Shown: one piece after another, positions 14,375-28,660 of the stretch
How positions within the stretch are numbered: position 1 is the first letter of the stretch
Layout of the letters: the number at the start of each line of letters is the position of its first letter
Origin: Chrysomallon squamiferum
Lineage: Eukaryota; Animalia; Mollusca
Assembly: GCA_012295275.1 (NCBI GenBank)
Contig: CM022672.1
Location: forward strand, 18,290,001-18,354,000
Reading direction: 5' to 3'
DNA length: 64,000 bases
Position numbers and translations under genes: made by a program
Notes under the pieces: model-generated
Seen by the model: the letters and a program-made list of their open reading frames with translations, nothing else
Databases searched by the model: none
What the model was told of the DNA's origin: nothing

Positions 14375-14637
14375 TCAGTTTTATAGCGCGCACTGTCAGC
14401 TGCACGCCGCTTCGAGCAGGCCTGATAGACTGGTACCAGTGTTCCGGGATTGCCAGTACGCGATCGTCACTTGCATGTGTGTTAGGCTAACCATTCAAAC
14501 GGATCGTACTTTGGAGACCAGTTTTTGGAACTCTTCATATTAAGTGATTGAGTCCTGGATGGAAAAACAAGATTAATTACGCTTGCTACGAAGTGATTAA
14601 TTTTTTTTTTTTTGCTAAAATTTCAGCTACGGTAAGT
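14375..14637 (+). promoter_or_regulatory. Candidate core promoter (Inr) and non-coding first exon of an unidentified + strand transcript
   Basis: CpG-rich island at ~13950-14590, Inr consensus TCAGTT at 14375-14380, and a consensus donor ACG|GTAAGT at 14631/14632 followed by an abrupt return to AT-rich intron-like sequence. Confidence 0.5.
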
Positions 14638-16534
14638 AAATCATTGTTTATTTTATTTTTTATTTTTTTTTTTTTTTTTTGTTTAAAGTTTTTATTTAAA
14701 ATGTAATTTAATTTGAATAGTTACACCTTGTTTTTAATATTTATTTAGTATTTTATTTTTTTTTTTTTAAGAGAAAAAATATTCAGTTTAGATATTATAC
14801 CATTTTACATTAATTATTATTTCAAAAATTTATTTTATGTTATAACTGATTACGCTATAGGAATCTTCTTTTCTATACGAGTTAATGTTAACTAATAATT
14901 AATTAATTTATTTGATGATGATAACAAAATATTTTCTAACTTAACAAAGGTAATTCATTTCTTGTCTAAACACTACACTCACCGTACAACAAAACAACTA
15001 CATTAATTATACTCAACAGCTGTTTACAAAGTAATAAGTAAACTAACGAAAACAACTCTCATCCAGTTATAATAGAGTAATTATTTAATTGTTAAAACTC
15101 GTCAGACGAGCTTTCATATATATATCTTCATGTTTTAGTTATTTCATTAAAGTCGCCGATGGGAACTTACAAAGGTAATTCAAGGTACTTAACTGAATTG
15201 TCTAAGTCGTGATTACCTCAGGATAAGCATAATTAATCATTACCACAATTAATCAGCGAACCGTGCAAAATTAGATACATTTGTAGACAACGTGATGTAG
15301 AGGTTTTAACTCAGTAATAAGTAATAAAAAACACATTTATTTGTAAGTAAACTGTAAATACATTTGTAATGAAACAAAACTAATAAAAAAAAAAGAAGAA
15401 AAATTCAGTATAATGGTATAAATATTTATAATGGACATTAAATTAAATTTGAATGACATAGTTAAATATCAAACAAAATTAAATAAAAAATAAAACGTTA
15501 AATACGTGCTAAAATCGGTCATTGTTAAAACGTAAATATTTATTTTGTAAAAATAGAAAAAGAAAGAAGAAAAAAAATTAGAGATTGTAAAAAGTAACAA
15601 GATAGAAAATGAACGAGAAAGAACGAAAAACGAAACGAAAAAAAATATACAGGAAGATACACAATGAAAAAAAAATATGAAAGAAACAAAACTGGACAGA
15701 CAGACAAAAAGAGATACAAATACAGCTAGATAAAGAAAACATTAAAGAAAGAAAAAAGAAAGAAAAAGAAATACCTACGAAAACACCTCCAAAAAAACCC
15801 CCACATAAGCATACAAAATACCTGCATAACAGTAGCACACTTTAGCATCAACATAATTATCTGAAGTCCAGAAAAACACGATTCATATCTTGCAAAACAA
15901 AAACACGACCATGTTAAATATTTTCCTTCCTAACCCGAAATGAGGTCCCCAGTGACTCGTTCACACACACTAGCTTTTAAAACAGATCCAAAGAATGTGT
16001 GTTTGAAGCAAAAACATTCAAAACAAAACAAGAACACTGAAATACTAATAAAAAAGATGGGATTACAGATAGCTTGTCGTGGCATGCGGGGATGTTAACC
16101 CTTTCTAACACTAAACACGTCTTAGTTAAACTGGTCTGAAGTAGACGCAACACAAAATACACACATATACGCACAAAAACGGAGAGAAAAAAATAGACAT
16201 ACATACAGAAAGACAAACACAAGTAAGCAAACATAACTGCAGACAGACACACATATAGATATACACATACGTACATACATGCATAAATACATACATATAA
16301 ACATGTACACTCATATAAATACATACATACATACATATATCTATATATGATATACAAACATATATATATGTGTGTGTGCGTGTGTGTGTAATATATACAC
16401 ACACTCACACAAACACACACACCCATACATACACACATACATACATATACATGCATGCATATACTCATGCAAACATAAACAAACTATTTAAAACCTTAAC
16501 ACAAACGTATGCATTCATATATTTACTCACACAA

Positions 16535-16536
<2 letters not shown>

Positions 16537-16603
<67 letters not shown>
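16537..16603. repeat. (AC)n microsatellite
   Basis: Directly visible. Others at 24037-24108, and (TG)n at 34240-34343. Confidence 0.95.
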
Positions 16604-16607
<4 letters not shown>

Positions 16608-19028
16608 TCACCTAATACAAAGAGACAGACTGTTGTAAATTATTATTCTAGGTGAACAGCTAACAACGCTAGTGTATATTTGTGTCAGTAGTCTTCAACA
16701 AATAAATAACACATAAATCAACATTTATCCCCGACTTCCCTTCTTTATCTTTTCTTTCAAACCTCATTTGTTTCCCCCCCAAAAAAACAAATCTTAATCA
16801 CTCTGGGTCAAACGTAACACACATCTCAGACGAACTACAGCAATTAATGTTTTAAGTTTCAAGCAGAAACAACATTAATCATTTCGCCATTTCTCGGGCT
16901 TGGCCCAAAACGTACCGTCGTATACAGTTCGTGTTTTGGACTTGGGTCGTTACTGCAGTTTGTGTTATCATAATTGTATCTTCGTTGTGTTATCGCTGAT
17001 TGATACCAAAAAGTCGGGACTGTCAAGCAGACTCCAGCAGAGGATGATCTGATAAGAGTTTCTTGAACTATTTGCTAATGCGAACGTAAGCATTGGGGGT
17101 CAAAAGCGCAGAGTTGTTTTTGAAAAACGTAGTAACTCCGCTCTTAGCCCGTGAAGAAAGATACTGTGAATAATACAGTAACTCCGAAATTTTGAGAAAA
17201 AAAACAACAACTACAACACAAAAAACCTCCATCATTATCTTTCGTTTGTTTTCATGCGTATTGTGCTTGTTAAATTTTATCTTTCGTTTCTCGAGAAAAC
17301 TACAAAATAACGACGTATATATATGTCTGTCTGTCTATCTGTCCGTCTGTTTCTGTCTCTATACATTCAAGTATTCATGTATGTATGTACGTACTTATGT
17401 ATAAAAATGTGTACGTACGTATGTATGTATGTATGTATGTATGTATGTATGTATGTATGTATGTATGTATGTATGTATGTATGTATGTATGTATGTATGT
17501 ATGTATGTATGTATATATGCATGTATTGACGTAACTACACAAAATAATTCAGGGCCGATTTTTTTTTTCTTTTGTTTTTAATGACTATAGACGCTGAACC
17601 TCCACGTGCTAATACATATTCATGAGTGAATTTTCTAATTTCATTTGTAAATTATTTCTACCAAGTAAAAATCAAAACTGTTTGCAAGCGTTCGAGTCTC
17701 TCGTGAATATGATCTGTATTATTTATCCACACACGCGTTTCAGGAGCTGAATCACATTTCGTAATCATAATTACAAACTGAAAATAACTAGCTTTGAAGA
17801 ATATTAATGCCTGTTACAAAACGACGTAGTAAAATACAATAAGGGAGATAAAAGTGACAAAAAATGTCTTTATGCTGTTAAATATTAAAAAAAAAAAATA
17901 TATATATATATAACACTCTCATTGAGAGGTAGATATATTATAAAGTTGGAATAAAATGTTTCGAAAAAAAACGTTATTTTTACTACCAAACATAATAAAA
18001 CAGTATTATCAATCTGTACGATAATCTTGGATCTGTTATATGCAGTCATTTAAATTATCATAAAGTTTGTATTATGTCACGTTTCCACGACAACGAGCAA
18101 TCCTTTAATGTACGTCTGCGTTACACTGAATGCTTATGTCAGACTTGTTGGATGGATGGATGTAAGGTCAGGGGTTTTAAAACAAATTTATTGCGATATT
18201 ACTGAGCGAGTAAGAATAATTTAAAAATTTAGTTTATTTATTGCTTGTTTTTATGCTGCTACTATGGTGGTTTTTTTTTTTTTTGTCGTTTTGTTAATAT
18301 CAGTAACAATATATATTTATTTATAATTATTATAATAATAATAATCAGCTTTTCACGGAACAAACCGAATGTAGATCGAAAGTTATCGAAAGTTATCGAA
18401 AGTTCCCGAACAACGTCAAATCGATGAATATGAATAACAAAGTCACGCATTAATTCATTTTCCAATTAAAAATGATGGAAATTGCCACCTTCCTCGTGAT
18501 TAGTACGTTTGTCATTATTTTACATGTAGCACAGAGAGGTTTTCAATAACTATTAAAACTGAACTCGGTTTAACTACGGAACAGCTGTTTATCAGCGAGG
18601 TTGAGTTAAAGGAGCAAGCTCTTCCAACCATACAGTTTTAATGATCCAACACCGGGTTTTTTCCTCTGTGATATTGTAAAATAACGTAACATATGGTGAT
18701 GTATGTTACGAGTTGCGGTTTATTACACTAACAATAATAAATTCATCATAATCATCATTATAAGAATATTAAGAACAAAAAACAACACTAAATCAATTAC
18801 ATATGATATAAACATACACACACGTATATAAAATACACTCATACATACATAGGTACATACATACATACATACATACATACATACATACGTACGTACGTAC
18901 ATACATACATACATACATACATACGTACGTGCCTACATCCCTGAATACTATATATATTGAAAGGTACAGGTTGCTTAAGTAGATATTAATTTGAAAATAT
19001 TGACAAGGATAGAAAGGAGGAAGGTACA

Positions 19029-19134
<106 letters not shown>

Positions 19135-19259
19135 AATTCGAGACCTGCAACTGACAGACTGTTTGATATTGAGTCATCTCCTGTTCCACTGACTTCCTCC
19201 ACTTTTCATTATTTAACGCTTGAATCTACATCTTTATTTTCCATTCAGTCAATGATCTA

Positions 19260-19830
19260 AACTCTAATGGTTAACGCTTGCGCGGAGTTTATGGGGGGAA
19301 AAGCAAAGGAATGATTTTAGTACCATCTCGGGTCACGAACCGATCTGCCGTTTCAAGACAACTGTTTTAAACCGATAGCTGAATATCAGCCGATATCCAC
19401 CTAGCAGAAGCAACTGTTTGATATGTTGGACGTTAATTGCCAGATTGTTAGTGTCAGCCATCAAGTTTTTACACCGAGCACTTTCTGACTTGGCACGAAT
19501 TATTACAAATATGTCGGCCATTCCCCCACCGAGTCTCGATAACTCATCCCTTTTTACCTTTGTTCTGTAACTGATATCAGATAGCAATAAGGTAATAAAG
19601 GACGTGTAAATAAAAACTGATGGAAGCCGCCTGCCGAGAGAGTGTGGCGCGTTCGCGGTTTCCTATGTCTTTGATACTTCGTTAACGCAGAAGGAATGTC
19701 TTTAAACACTGCTTCATGGTAAACAGTTTACTCTTCGCCACAGTCGGGTACCGCGGTTTCTCCAGGAATGCATTTCGATAGACGTAAACAATAACAGGTG
19801 TTGTTGTGTCAGTTATGTGATTTGTGATGT
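19260..19830. promoter_or_regulatory. CpG-rich enhancer-like island (TEAD/FOX/TCF-type motifs)
   Basis: GGAATG/CATTCC at 19308, 19519, 19693 and 19765; GTAAACA at 19719 and 19784; CTTTGAT at 19669. No credible ORF. Confidence 0.35.
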
Positions 19831-20879
19831 CTGCTGCTGTAAACTGTTACGTTCACTGTCTTTAGCTCTGATCTCTCGGCTGTAATGCGGAACATTTCCT
19901 CGAATTCGGATTGCACTTGTCTCATCATAGACACATCAAATACCAGTTTGTTTAACGAGTGGGTGGGGGAAATGTGACTTTTAGCAGAGCAATTCATCAA
20001 GCTAAACAAATAAATAAACTGTAGGCAAAACGACTGCATCATGCTTTTTATCACTTATTTTCTACACCATCTTGTAGAAGACCACATTCTGAACAAATAA
20101 TAATAAGGGGTAAAAAAAATGACAAACGACGTCTGACTATTTCCTGAGTCACTTGACTACGTCTGTCTATGAATGATCATGATACGACTTTTTCCTTTCC
20201 ATGAGAAAATACACATAAAACGATCTCTTAAGTATTTTACAGAGTGGTTGAATTAGGATTCATCTCTACATCCTTATTATGCAAGAAACATATACACTGG
20301 GACATAATAACCGTTTAACATTAAAATACGTTGACGTTTCGTTAAAACATTTATTACATCATTCTCTTTTTTTTTTTAAGAGATAGTTACGTATGCGTAA
20401 AATAATTACTCATTTATTACACATCTGGCATAATTTTTACAACCAACTCTCTGCAATAAATACCAAATAGCCTGACCACATAAAGTAGATGGAAAGTGTA
20501 TCTTCTATACAGTATAAACTCGATTATGTTGAATAAAGAATATATGACACGAAGATGAAAAGATTCAGTTACGTCTGGATTCTAGATATTGGTTAATAAC
20601 GTCATACATAACTGTAATTTAGTTGTCGTAGATTGTTTATTTCTATAGCTTCCAGTAATGTCATTTCAGAGTAGGTCAACCGAAACGATGAGCTGCTCTA
20701 CAAGAGAGGCAAAGATAGTTCGCAGTAATTTGTTATCCCCATCAACACAGAAATGTCTTGTGTGATACCAGAATTGGGTTCTGATATTGGCTATATACAC
20801 ATATACACAATACATATACATATAAATATAAATTTAAATATAAATATATATATATATATTATTTCTGTAGCCATTATCA

Positions 20880-21435
20880 TTTCTACTACTATTACTACGA
20901 CTACTACTACTACCACCACTACTATACTTATACAATTTTTATTACCACTGCTGGTGCTTCAACTATTTCTGCTATTATTAGAACTACTGCTTTTAATATT
21001 GTAACTACTAATGCCGTTACTACTGTAACTGCTATTACTTGAACTACTATTTTTATTATTACAGTTGTTGTAACTATTTCAGCTAATACTGTTGCTACTC
21101 CTTTTCTTCCTACTAAAACAACTGCTACTACTGCTACTTCAAATACTACTACAATTACTATTACTAGTTCTTTGACTATTACTAATATTACTACTACTAC
21201 TTCTACTACTAGTACTACTTGTACTATTACTGCTACTACTTCTTACTACTACTACTACTACTATTCTTCTGTTACTACTACCACTATTACTACTTCTAAT
21301 AACAATATTAATTATACTAAATCCATTACTACTATTACTCCTCCTCCTCCTCCTCCTCCTCCTACTACAACTACTACTACTACTACTACTACCACTACTA
21401 CTACTACAACAACGCCACGACAACCACCACCATTA
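20880..21435. repeat. Degenerate (TAC)n/(CCT)n low-complexity tract
   Basis: Directly visible. Confidence 0.9.
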
Positions 21436-21830
21436 CAACTGTTATGATTGTCATCCACAAAACGTGTCCTTAAAATCACCTGATTCATAAAAACAATAAA
21501 AACTCTACGGCGTTATAGCGCTGTTTGGGTTTACGCTCAAATCAATTGTCTTGTACAGTTAATTGTTTCCGCTGGACGATACGATATGCCTGTCTGTTTA
21601 TTAAAGAATATATCGGTTATTCGCATGTTGCTTACGTTTTACAAACACGGCCCTCGCTGACAAGGTGTGTATTGTTAATTCGTTTCACTCTATCAAACTT
21701 TTGTCACAGAGGAAGTCATATGAGAGTAGAGAAGAGGTAATTCCAGTCCAAGGTTGTTTCAGATGTATTATTTTTTCATCAGCGGCTCATGTATGAAATA
21801 AGAAGTAAAAAATAATAATAATAATGATGA

Positions 21831-21865
<35 letters not shown>

Positions 21866-21882
21866 TGATGATGATGATGATG

Positions 21883-21937
<55 letters not shown>

Positions 21938-22603
21938 TATAAATAAATAAATTATAATGAATAATTATTATTAAAAAGGTTAGACAGTTTTGCATGTATT
22001 GTTTCCTTGGGTATTTATCAAGAACTATAAAAGAATTAGAAGTAATAATAATAGTAATAATAATACTTTTTGCTGTTGTTGTTGGCTGTTGTTGTTATCG
22101 GGGCATTTCGTTTCTTTCCGCCAGAAAAAAAAAAAACTTTCCCTAACAACGCGAGATGTTGCGAAATACGAAATAACGTCATTGCATTATGACGTAATAA
22201 CAAAGCAGGTTTAGATTTATTTCTGTTGCGTTGTGATTTGATTTCTTTATCGGATTACTGAGGTTTCGCTGTACAAAGAAAAACGAAGTAAGTACTAGTT
22301 TTGCTTATGCTTAAAAAAATTAAAACTAAACAAAACAGTGAGTAATTATTGCCAATGTTCGAGTTATATAATCGGATTCTACTTGAATTACGATGGAAGG
22401 GATCTTATTGACGCATTTTTTTATTTTAAGTGTATCTTGTTGTTTCTTTGGTTCTTTTTATTATTACTGTTTTTGTCATCGTTTTTATTAATACATACGT
22501 ATACACGATTTTGTATTTAGTACATATAAATAATTTTGCGTACATTTATTTACTACAGTAATATAAATATACGCAGAATTACATAATTCCACCATATTTG
22601 ATA

Positions 22604-22649
<46 letters not shown>

Positions 22650-23241
22650 GTTATTATTATTATTATTGTCGTTTTTGTTTTTGTTGTTGATGTCGTTGTT
22701 ATTTATTGTTTTTGTTAATTACTACTAATCAGTAGTAAGAATAAGTGTACGCAGAATTACTGAAGAGTAAACACTTTTCCATCACGTTTGATTTGCGTTG
22801 CTGTTCGTAATATATTTAATTCATATCATTTTCACAACACAATGAACGAGAAGTGGAAAAGATAATACACCAGTTTTTGTTTTAAGTGATTCGTGCAGTA
22901 ATTTTCCAATACCGACACAAAACCAGTGCGACATACAAGATAAATAAATAACTATAGGTTCTCTCCTACACAGTATAATGTTATGACAGGCCAGTTAGTT
23001 AAACAGGACGTGCGTGTTCTCTTCGTATTCTCTGTTCCGCTACAAAACTGCTCGTGAATCGAGACAAGTTAAATTTTTTTTACCTCATCACTCAGACGTC
23101 AGACGATGTTTTCTTCCTTTCTACTTAACCAGAGAATTAATAATGTTACATTTGATGAGTGCATGACGCAGACTTTTAAAGGCAACGAAATGAAAAGGGG
23201 TTTATACCTCATCGCTTGATTTCTCTGATATAATCATTATC

Positions 23242-23272
<31 letters not shown>

Positions 23273-24034
23273 GCACCACGAGTTTCTAAATACAGATATG
23301 AAATTTACGATCCTTAATTTTATTTCTTTTCCCCAATTTTTTTTTTTTTTATTTGCTCACACCATGACGCCAAAAATGACCCTGTCTGGTCACCTTGCGT
23401 TGGTGTAGCTGGCGCCTTTTTGCGTCAGTCACACAGTCGGTTTCCCGGTTTTGCCAACTTGGCAAATTCTTTACTCACGAAAAGGGAAAACAAAATTATA
23501 TCATCCCCCATTAAAGGCAAGATGAATGTAGCTTGTCCGTCACATTATTGATGTCTGTCGCTTTCAACCCAGGGAAGTGTTTGGCACTTAGAACAAATTG
23601 AGAATGTCTTCCTGTAGCTTTTGCCGTTCAGTGGCAAGATGACGTAGAGACGTGAAAGGCATTTTGGTCGATTCTTGTCACACACTGTGTAGTTTTACCC
23701 TGTATTACTCATACGAGTTTATTAATAGATATTTGACTTTATTTCATTTTATTTATTATTTTTTTTAATATTTATTTTTTTTATTTATTTATTTTATGTA
23801 TATATATATTTTTAAATTTGATTTCATTTGAAGTGATTTCATTTTTAAATTACTTTTTTTTTTTTTTTTTTTTTTTAATTTAAATTTAATTTCTGTTTAT
23901 TCTTATTGGCTGTAACTTCAGTTCTAATTACACTACAAATAGTTGCTGTACGTTTAAAGAATATATAATATTATTATGGAAATTTGAAATCAGAGAATGC
24001 TTGAAGTGGTTGCTGTTCGTAATATATACCTGTC

Positions 24035-24112
<78 letters not shown>

Positions 24113-24832
24113 AACATACACACAAGTGTTACATACATACATATGAAAATAAATACGTATCTACATATATACGGACAGAAAGACATATACAGACAGACAT
24201 ATGGACATATATATAAACACATACACACATACACACAGACTCACGTGTACAAATGTCACTGTATCTAGATAAATCTCTAGTTAACGAATATATTTTACAT
24301 AAATAAGTGAATGAATGTTTCTTTGTCTGTTCTTCTGTATATGTGTGTATGATTAAGGCAGTAACTGTTATGTTCTGTGTCAAAATTTTATTTTCTTTAC
24401 TCGCGTAGGTCAAATGTTCAGCCTACAAGTTAAGGAGGAAATTGAATGATTATTGTTATGGGAATAGCAATTTGTCTAAATTCGATATTAATTATGCTGA
24501 TTTTCAGTTTAAGACTATAATGTAATTTAACTGTATGGAAAATTGGAAATGACATTTTCTTGCCAGAAATTAGTCCATTTTTTTAATTTTGTACTGTAAG
24601 ATAAAGAGACATTTGGTGAGAGGAAATGAATACGTGAAATACAAACATCCACCCGCATGTACATATATAGACGTACGCACACACACACATGACAGTATAT
24701 AGAAATACACCTTCACATTTATGTATATATACAATCTTATATATAAAGAGCTTCTATAAGTTTGTATGTATGTATGTTTGTTTGTAGATTTATATGTATG
24801 TAGATTTATATGTATGTTTGTTTGTATGTATG

Positions 24833-24833
<1 letters not shown>

Positions 24834-24910
<77 letters not shown>
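24834..24910. repeat. (TATC)n microsatellite
   Basis: Directly visible. A (GATA)n/(GACA)n tract also lies at ~31480-31764. Confidence 0.95.
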
Positions 24911-24911
<1 letters not shown>

Positions 24912-25439
24912 ATATATATATGTGTGTGTGTGGAGGAAGATGGATGTAGGTGTGTGAATTTTCCCAGTGTGAAGCGTCATGACTTTTCCCATTCAGGTCA
25001 GTACCACATAACTGTCCACCTACGCACGCATGTCGTGGACATGACCTTTGACCTCGCCAGAGAGTTCTATATGACCAAGACACGGTGTCAGACGGTGCAG
25101 ATATCCACTGTTGATATAATCACTGTTGTTTTTGCAATTACTGGTTATAATAATACATCGTTAATGAGAAGATTAAATATGGATCAGAAGCTATGGATCA
25201 GCAGAGTGTTATTAAGTCTCTGTCTTACAGGACACGATACAGACACTTTGAAATGGTAAGATGACAGTTGCTACGTTCTTTACAAAGGATTTTTTTCTGT
25301 ATGTATAATATATGTGTTTATGTGAGTGTGTATATATGTATGTATGTATGTATGTGTGTGTGTGTATGTGTATGTATGTATGTATGCATGTATATGTAGT
25401 TTCAGGATTTGAATATTCTTTGTCTTATGTACGTCTGAT

Positions 25440-25568
25440 TATGTCTATTCGCACTGCGACCAGACGCCGAAACCCGACAATGCCGTTGACAAGACTGGAA
25501 CATGTGACACCCATTTGCCCGCAAACCGAAGGTGGACGATGTTACCGTTCGGCCACCAAGACAACCCT
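25440..25568 (-). mobile_element. Decayed tRNA-derived SINE head
   Basis: The minus strand reads GGGTTGTCTTGGTGGCCGAACGGTAAC (A-box-like TGGCCGAACGG at 25555-25545), then GTTCCAGTC (B-box-like, 25501-25493) at tRNA-like spacing. No intact cloverleaf. Confidence 0.45.
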
Positions 25569-26109
25569 TTAAAAGGTATATATATATATAGACACACAGT
25601 AGTGTGAAACTGATCAAAACACACTGACGACACGAACTGACGTCATACCACGGCAATGTAAACACAGGATAATATTTTGAAAGCGAAAGCAAAAGCCCAT
25701 GACGTTGTATTCAGATCTGCGTTGTAACAGTAATTAGATACAAACACATCAAGGCTGTTGACTCGCTGACTTCGTATCGGGATTTCGTTTTAGCCAGACG
25801 TGCAGTGGCAAAACTTAGCGTTGTAAACGGCGCAGTGGTTTCGTGTAAACACATCAGAATGAAGACAAATGCTATTAGCAACTTAGTGTTTTTGTTAAAC
25901 GCTCCATTTTCAAATCTCTTATAACATTCTGTATCGCTTTGACACATAGCGAACTATTATTATGGCTTCTGCTGGTGCTGTTACCACTGTTAGTGCTGTT
26001 GTTACAAATATTACTGTTACTACTACCTTTATATAATCATACCTAAAACTATCACTCTTACTACCACGACCATTATGTCCCTCACTACTGCTTTTCTGTA
26101 ACAGTGATT

Positions 26110-26222
26110 ACAACCACCACCAACACCAACACCACCACCAACACCAACACCACCATCACCAACACCACCACCAAACCAACACCACCACCAACACCAACAC
26201 CAACATCAACACCGCCACTACT
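26110..26222. repeat. (CACCAA/CACCAC)n low-complexity repeat
   Basis: Directly visible. Confidence 0.9.
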
Positions 26223-26347
26223 ACTGTTCTGCCAGTATTACTACTTCTACAGTAATTACTACTAATTGTGCAATTACTACCACTACTCTACTACTATTTT
26301 ATCCACCTCTACATCTACTCCTCATCATCATCCTCATCATCACCATC

Positions 26348-26395
<48 letters not shown>

Positions 26396-26933
26396 ACAAC
26401 TATTACTACTACCACCAATACTACCGCCATGCTAACGTTAATTCCATGGTAACAGTTAAATTGTGCTAAGATGTTATTAACCATTCTTTTTGTTATAAGG
26501 ATCACTCAAACAGCTACATAGAAACAAAGCAAATAGCTTCTTTCTTTGCCTTCTCTCCGAGGTACAACGAACTCTGTTTTCCTATGGGAGTACCGCCGCC
26601 CCGTTACGAATTAGTTTTATTTACTCTGTGCTGATAAACGTATACATCATTACCTGGTGGCTGAGATAGATAGAGCGAGGTTACCAAGATACGTATGGTG
26701 CGAATAAAAACACTTTTTATTTTATTTTATTTTATTTTTTTTTTTTTTTTTTAGCTTTATATCGGTTTTGTGTGTAATTTATTACACACAGGAGATTACT
26801 ACGGGCAATTCACTTTTAATGTCCTGTTAAATTTGCTCGATTAAAGGCTGCTTAAAATGTATCAAATAGAACTTTTTTTTTAATTTTTTTTTTTTTTGTG
26901 TTTGGCTTGTGTGTGTGTGTGTGTGTGTGTTTG

Positions 26934-26976
<43 letters not shown>

Positions 26977-27494
26977 ATTTAATCAGGAAATAATGTGTGC
27001 CAAAAGGACATGTTAACATATTTTGATATTTACTATTAAAACTTTCGACGATATTCAGTTCTCTGTGCATATTCTATTTCATTCTGCATTAATTTATTTT
27101 GTTTTATTTTTTATTGTCATGAGTATATAAAAAAGTATGTATACATGTGAAATGTGTTGGTATGTATGTATGTATGTAAGAATGTATCTATGTAGATAGG
27201 TAGGTAGGCAGGCAAATATGTTTGCATGTATGTATATGTTTATATGACTGAAGAGTTTTACGTTTTGATTTCTTCACTAATTTAAGGGTTTTACAATGTC
27301 TTTTAACAAAGAAATAACTTGATAATTTATGTTTACTTAACATTAGCCATACTATTTTAAGTAGCAATTTCATTTTATGTGATAAGATAACATAATACAT
27401 TTTGTTTGTCTATTTGAAGATAGGAAATAATACTACTTCTACTACTGCAATGCGGAATTGCTGATACCATTTTAAACCATTTCTACAAACACAT

Positions 27495-27539
<45 letters not shown>

Positions 27540-28199
27540 AACACACAAACACACACAAGAAATACCTACACCAACAACAACGGCAACAAAAGAACGGGAA
27601 GAAAAAAAAAAAAAATGAAGATGAAGAAAGAAATAACTTCAGATGGACAGTTTATTGAAGAGCCAAACTCTCTCTGCCTGTTATCTAGATAACAAATTTT
27701 TACTTTACTAGATTGCTCTTCGTACTGTTTTTACCCGCAAGCCCAGCCTTGATCAGTCCAGGAATCGGAGCAATAGCTTTAATCTAATCAACGTGACATG
27801 CAGCAGAATGGCAGGCGTTCTCCAGTACAGCTTCCCTTGCGTTGCGCCGCGAATAATGCATTCAAGGGGATCGTGTTGGTTTTTGACAGCCTCTCGAAAA
27901 CATATAACTTACAGAGCGCAGCGTTTGCTGCTCAATTCGTAAATCTTCCTTTCATTCGGGATTTGTTAGATTGTCACAGACGCTGGTATTTCCAAGACTT
28001 AGTTGTTTGGTTCGTTATCAAGAACCATGTTTTATCTCGCTCGCTTAAACGCTTTTGTTGTTGTTGTTGTTGTTGTTGTTGTAGTTTTGTTGTCATTTTT
28101 TTTTTCCCTTAATTCATTTTGAATATTAGTTTCCTGGATGTTGTAAATATTCGTTTCTTTAGTATCTTTATACAAACAGTATTCTTTAATCGTAATTAT

Positions 28200-28660
28200 G
28201 ATATTTAATAAAGTTTTTGTGATGTTATATATATATCTTGGGTATCGTATTCTGTATTATGTTGTACGTAGTATTATATATTGTATCGTACGTTATCGTA
28301 TTAAATATTTCATCGTCCAATTCATATCGTGTAACAGATTGTATTTATCGAATCGCGTATTACATTGACTGTATCGTGTATTACGATATCACGTTAATGT
28401 TTGTGTTCTATTATATTATATCGTCCGTATCGTGCTGTGTATTATGTTTCACATCGTATTATTTATTACATTGTGTTTTACATTGTTCGTACAGTATTGG
28501 GCCGTAACGTAACAGATTGCTATATGCGGCTTGACGTTAAGTCTTGTAATGCATTATATCATCATATAATATCGATCGTCTTGTTAACTCTACGAGTGCC
28601 TTATGTCATTCAAATTGTGTATTATTTTCCACGTCACATCATATCACTTAATATATTGTT
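28200..28660. repeat. Highly degenerate (TATCG/TATTG)n pentanucleotide-derived tract
   Basis: Many atcgta/attgta units. Confidence 0.6.

Noticed and set aside
23515-23650. miR-31-like (AGGCAAGATG) and miR-96-like (TTTGGCACT) starts
   Set aside because: The 3' halves do not match and there is no convincing fold-back.
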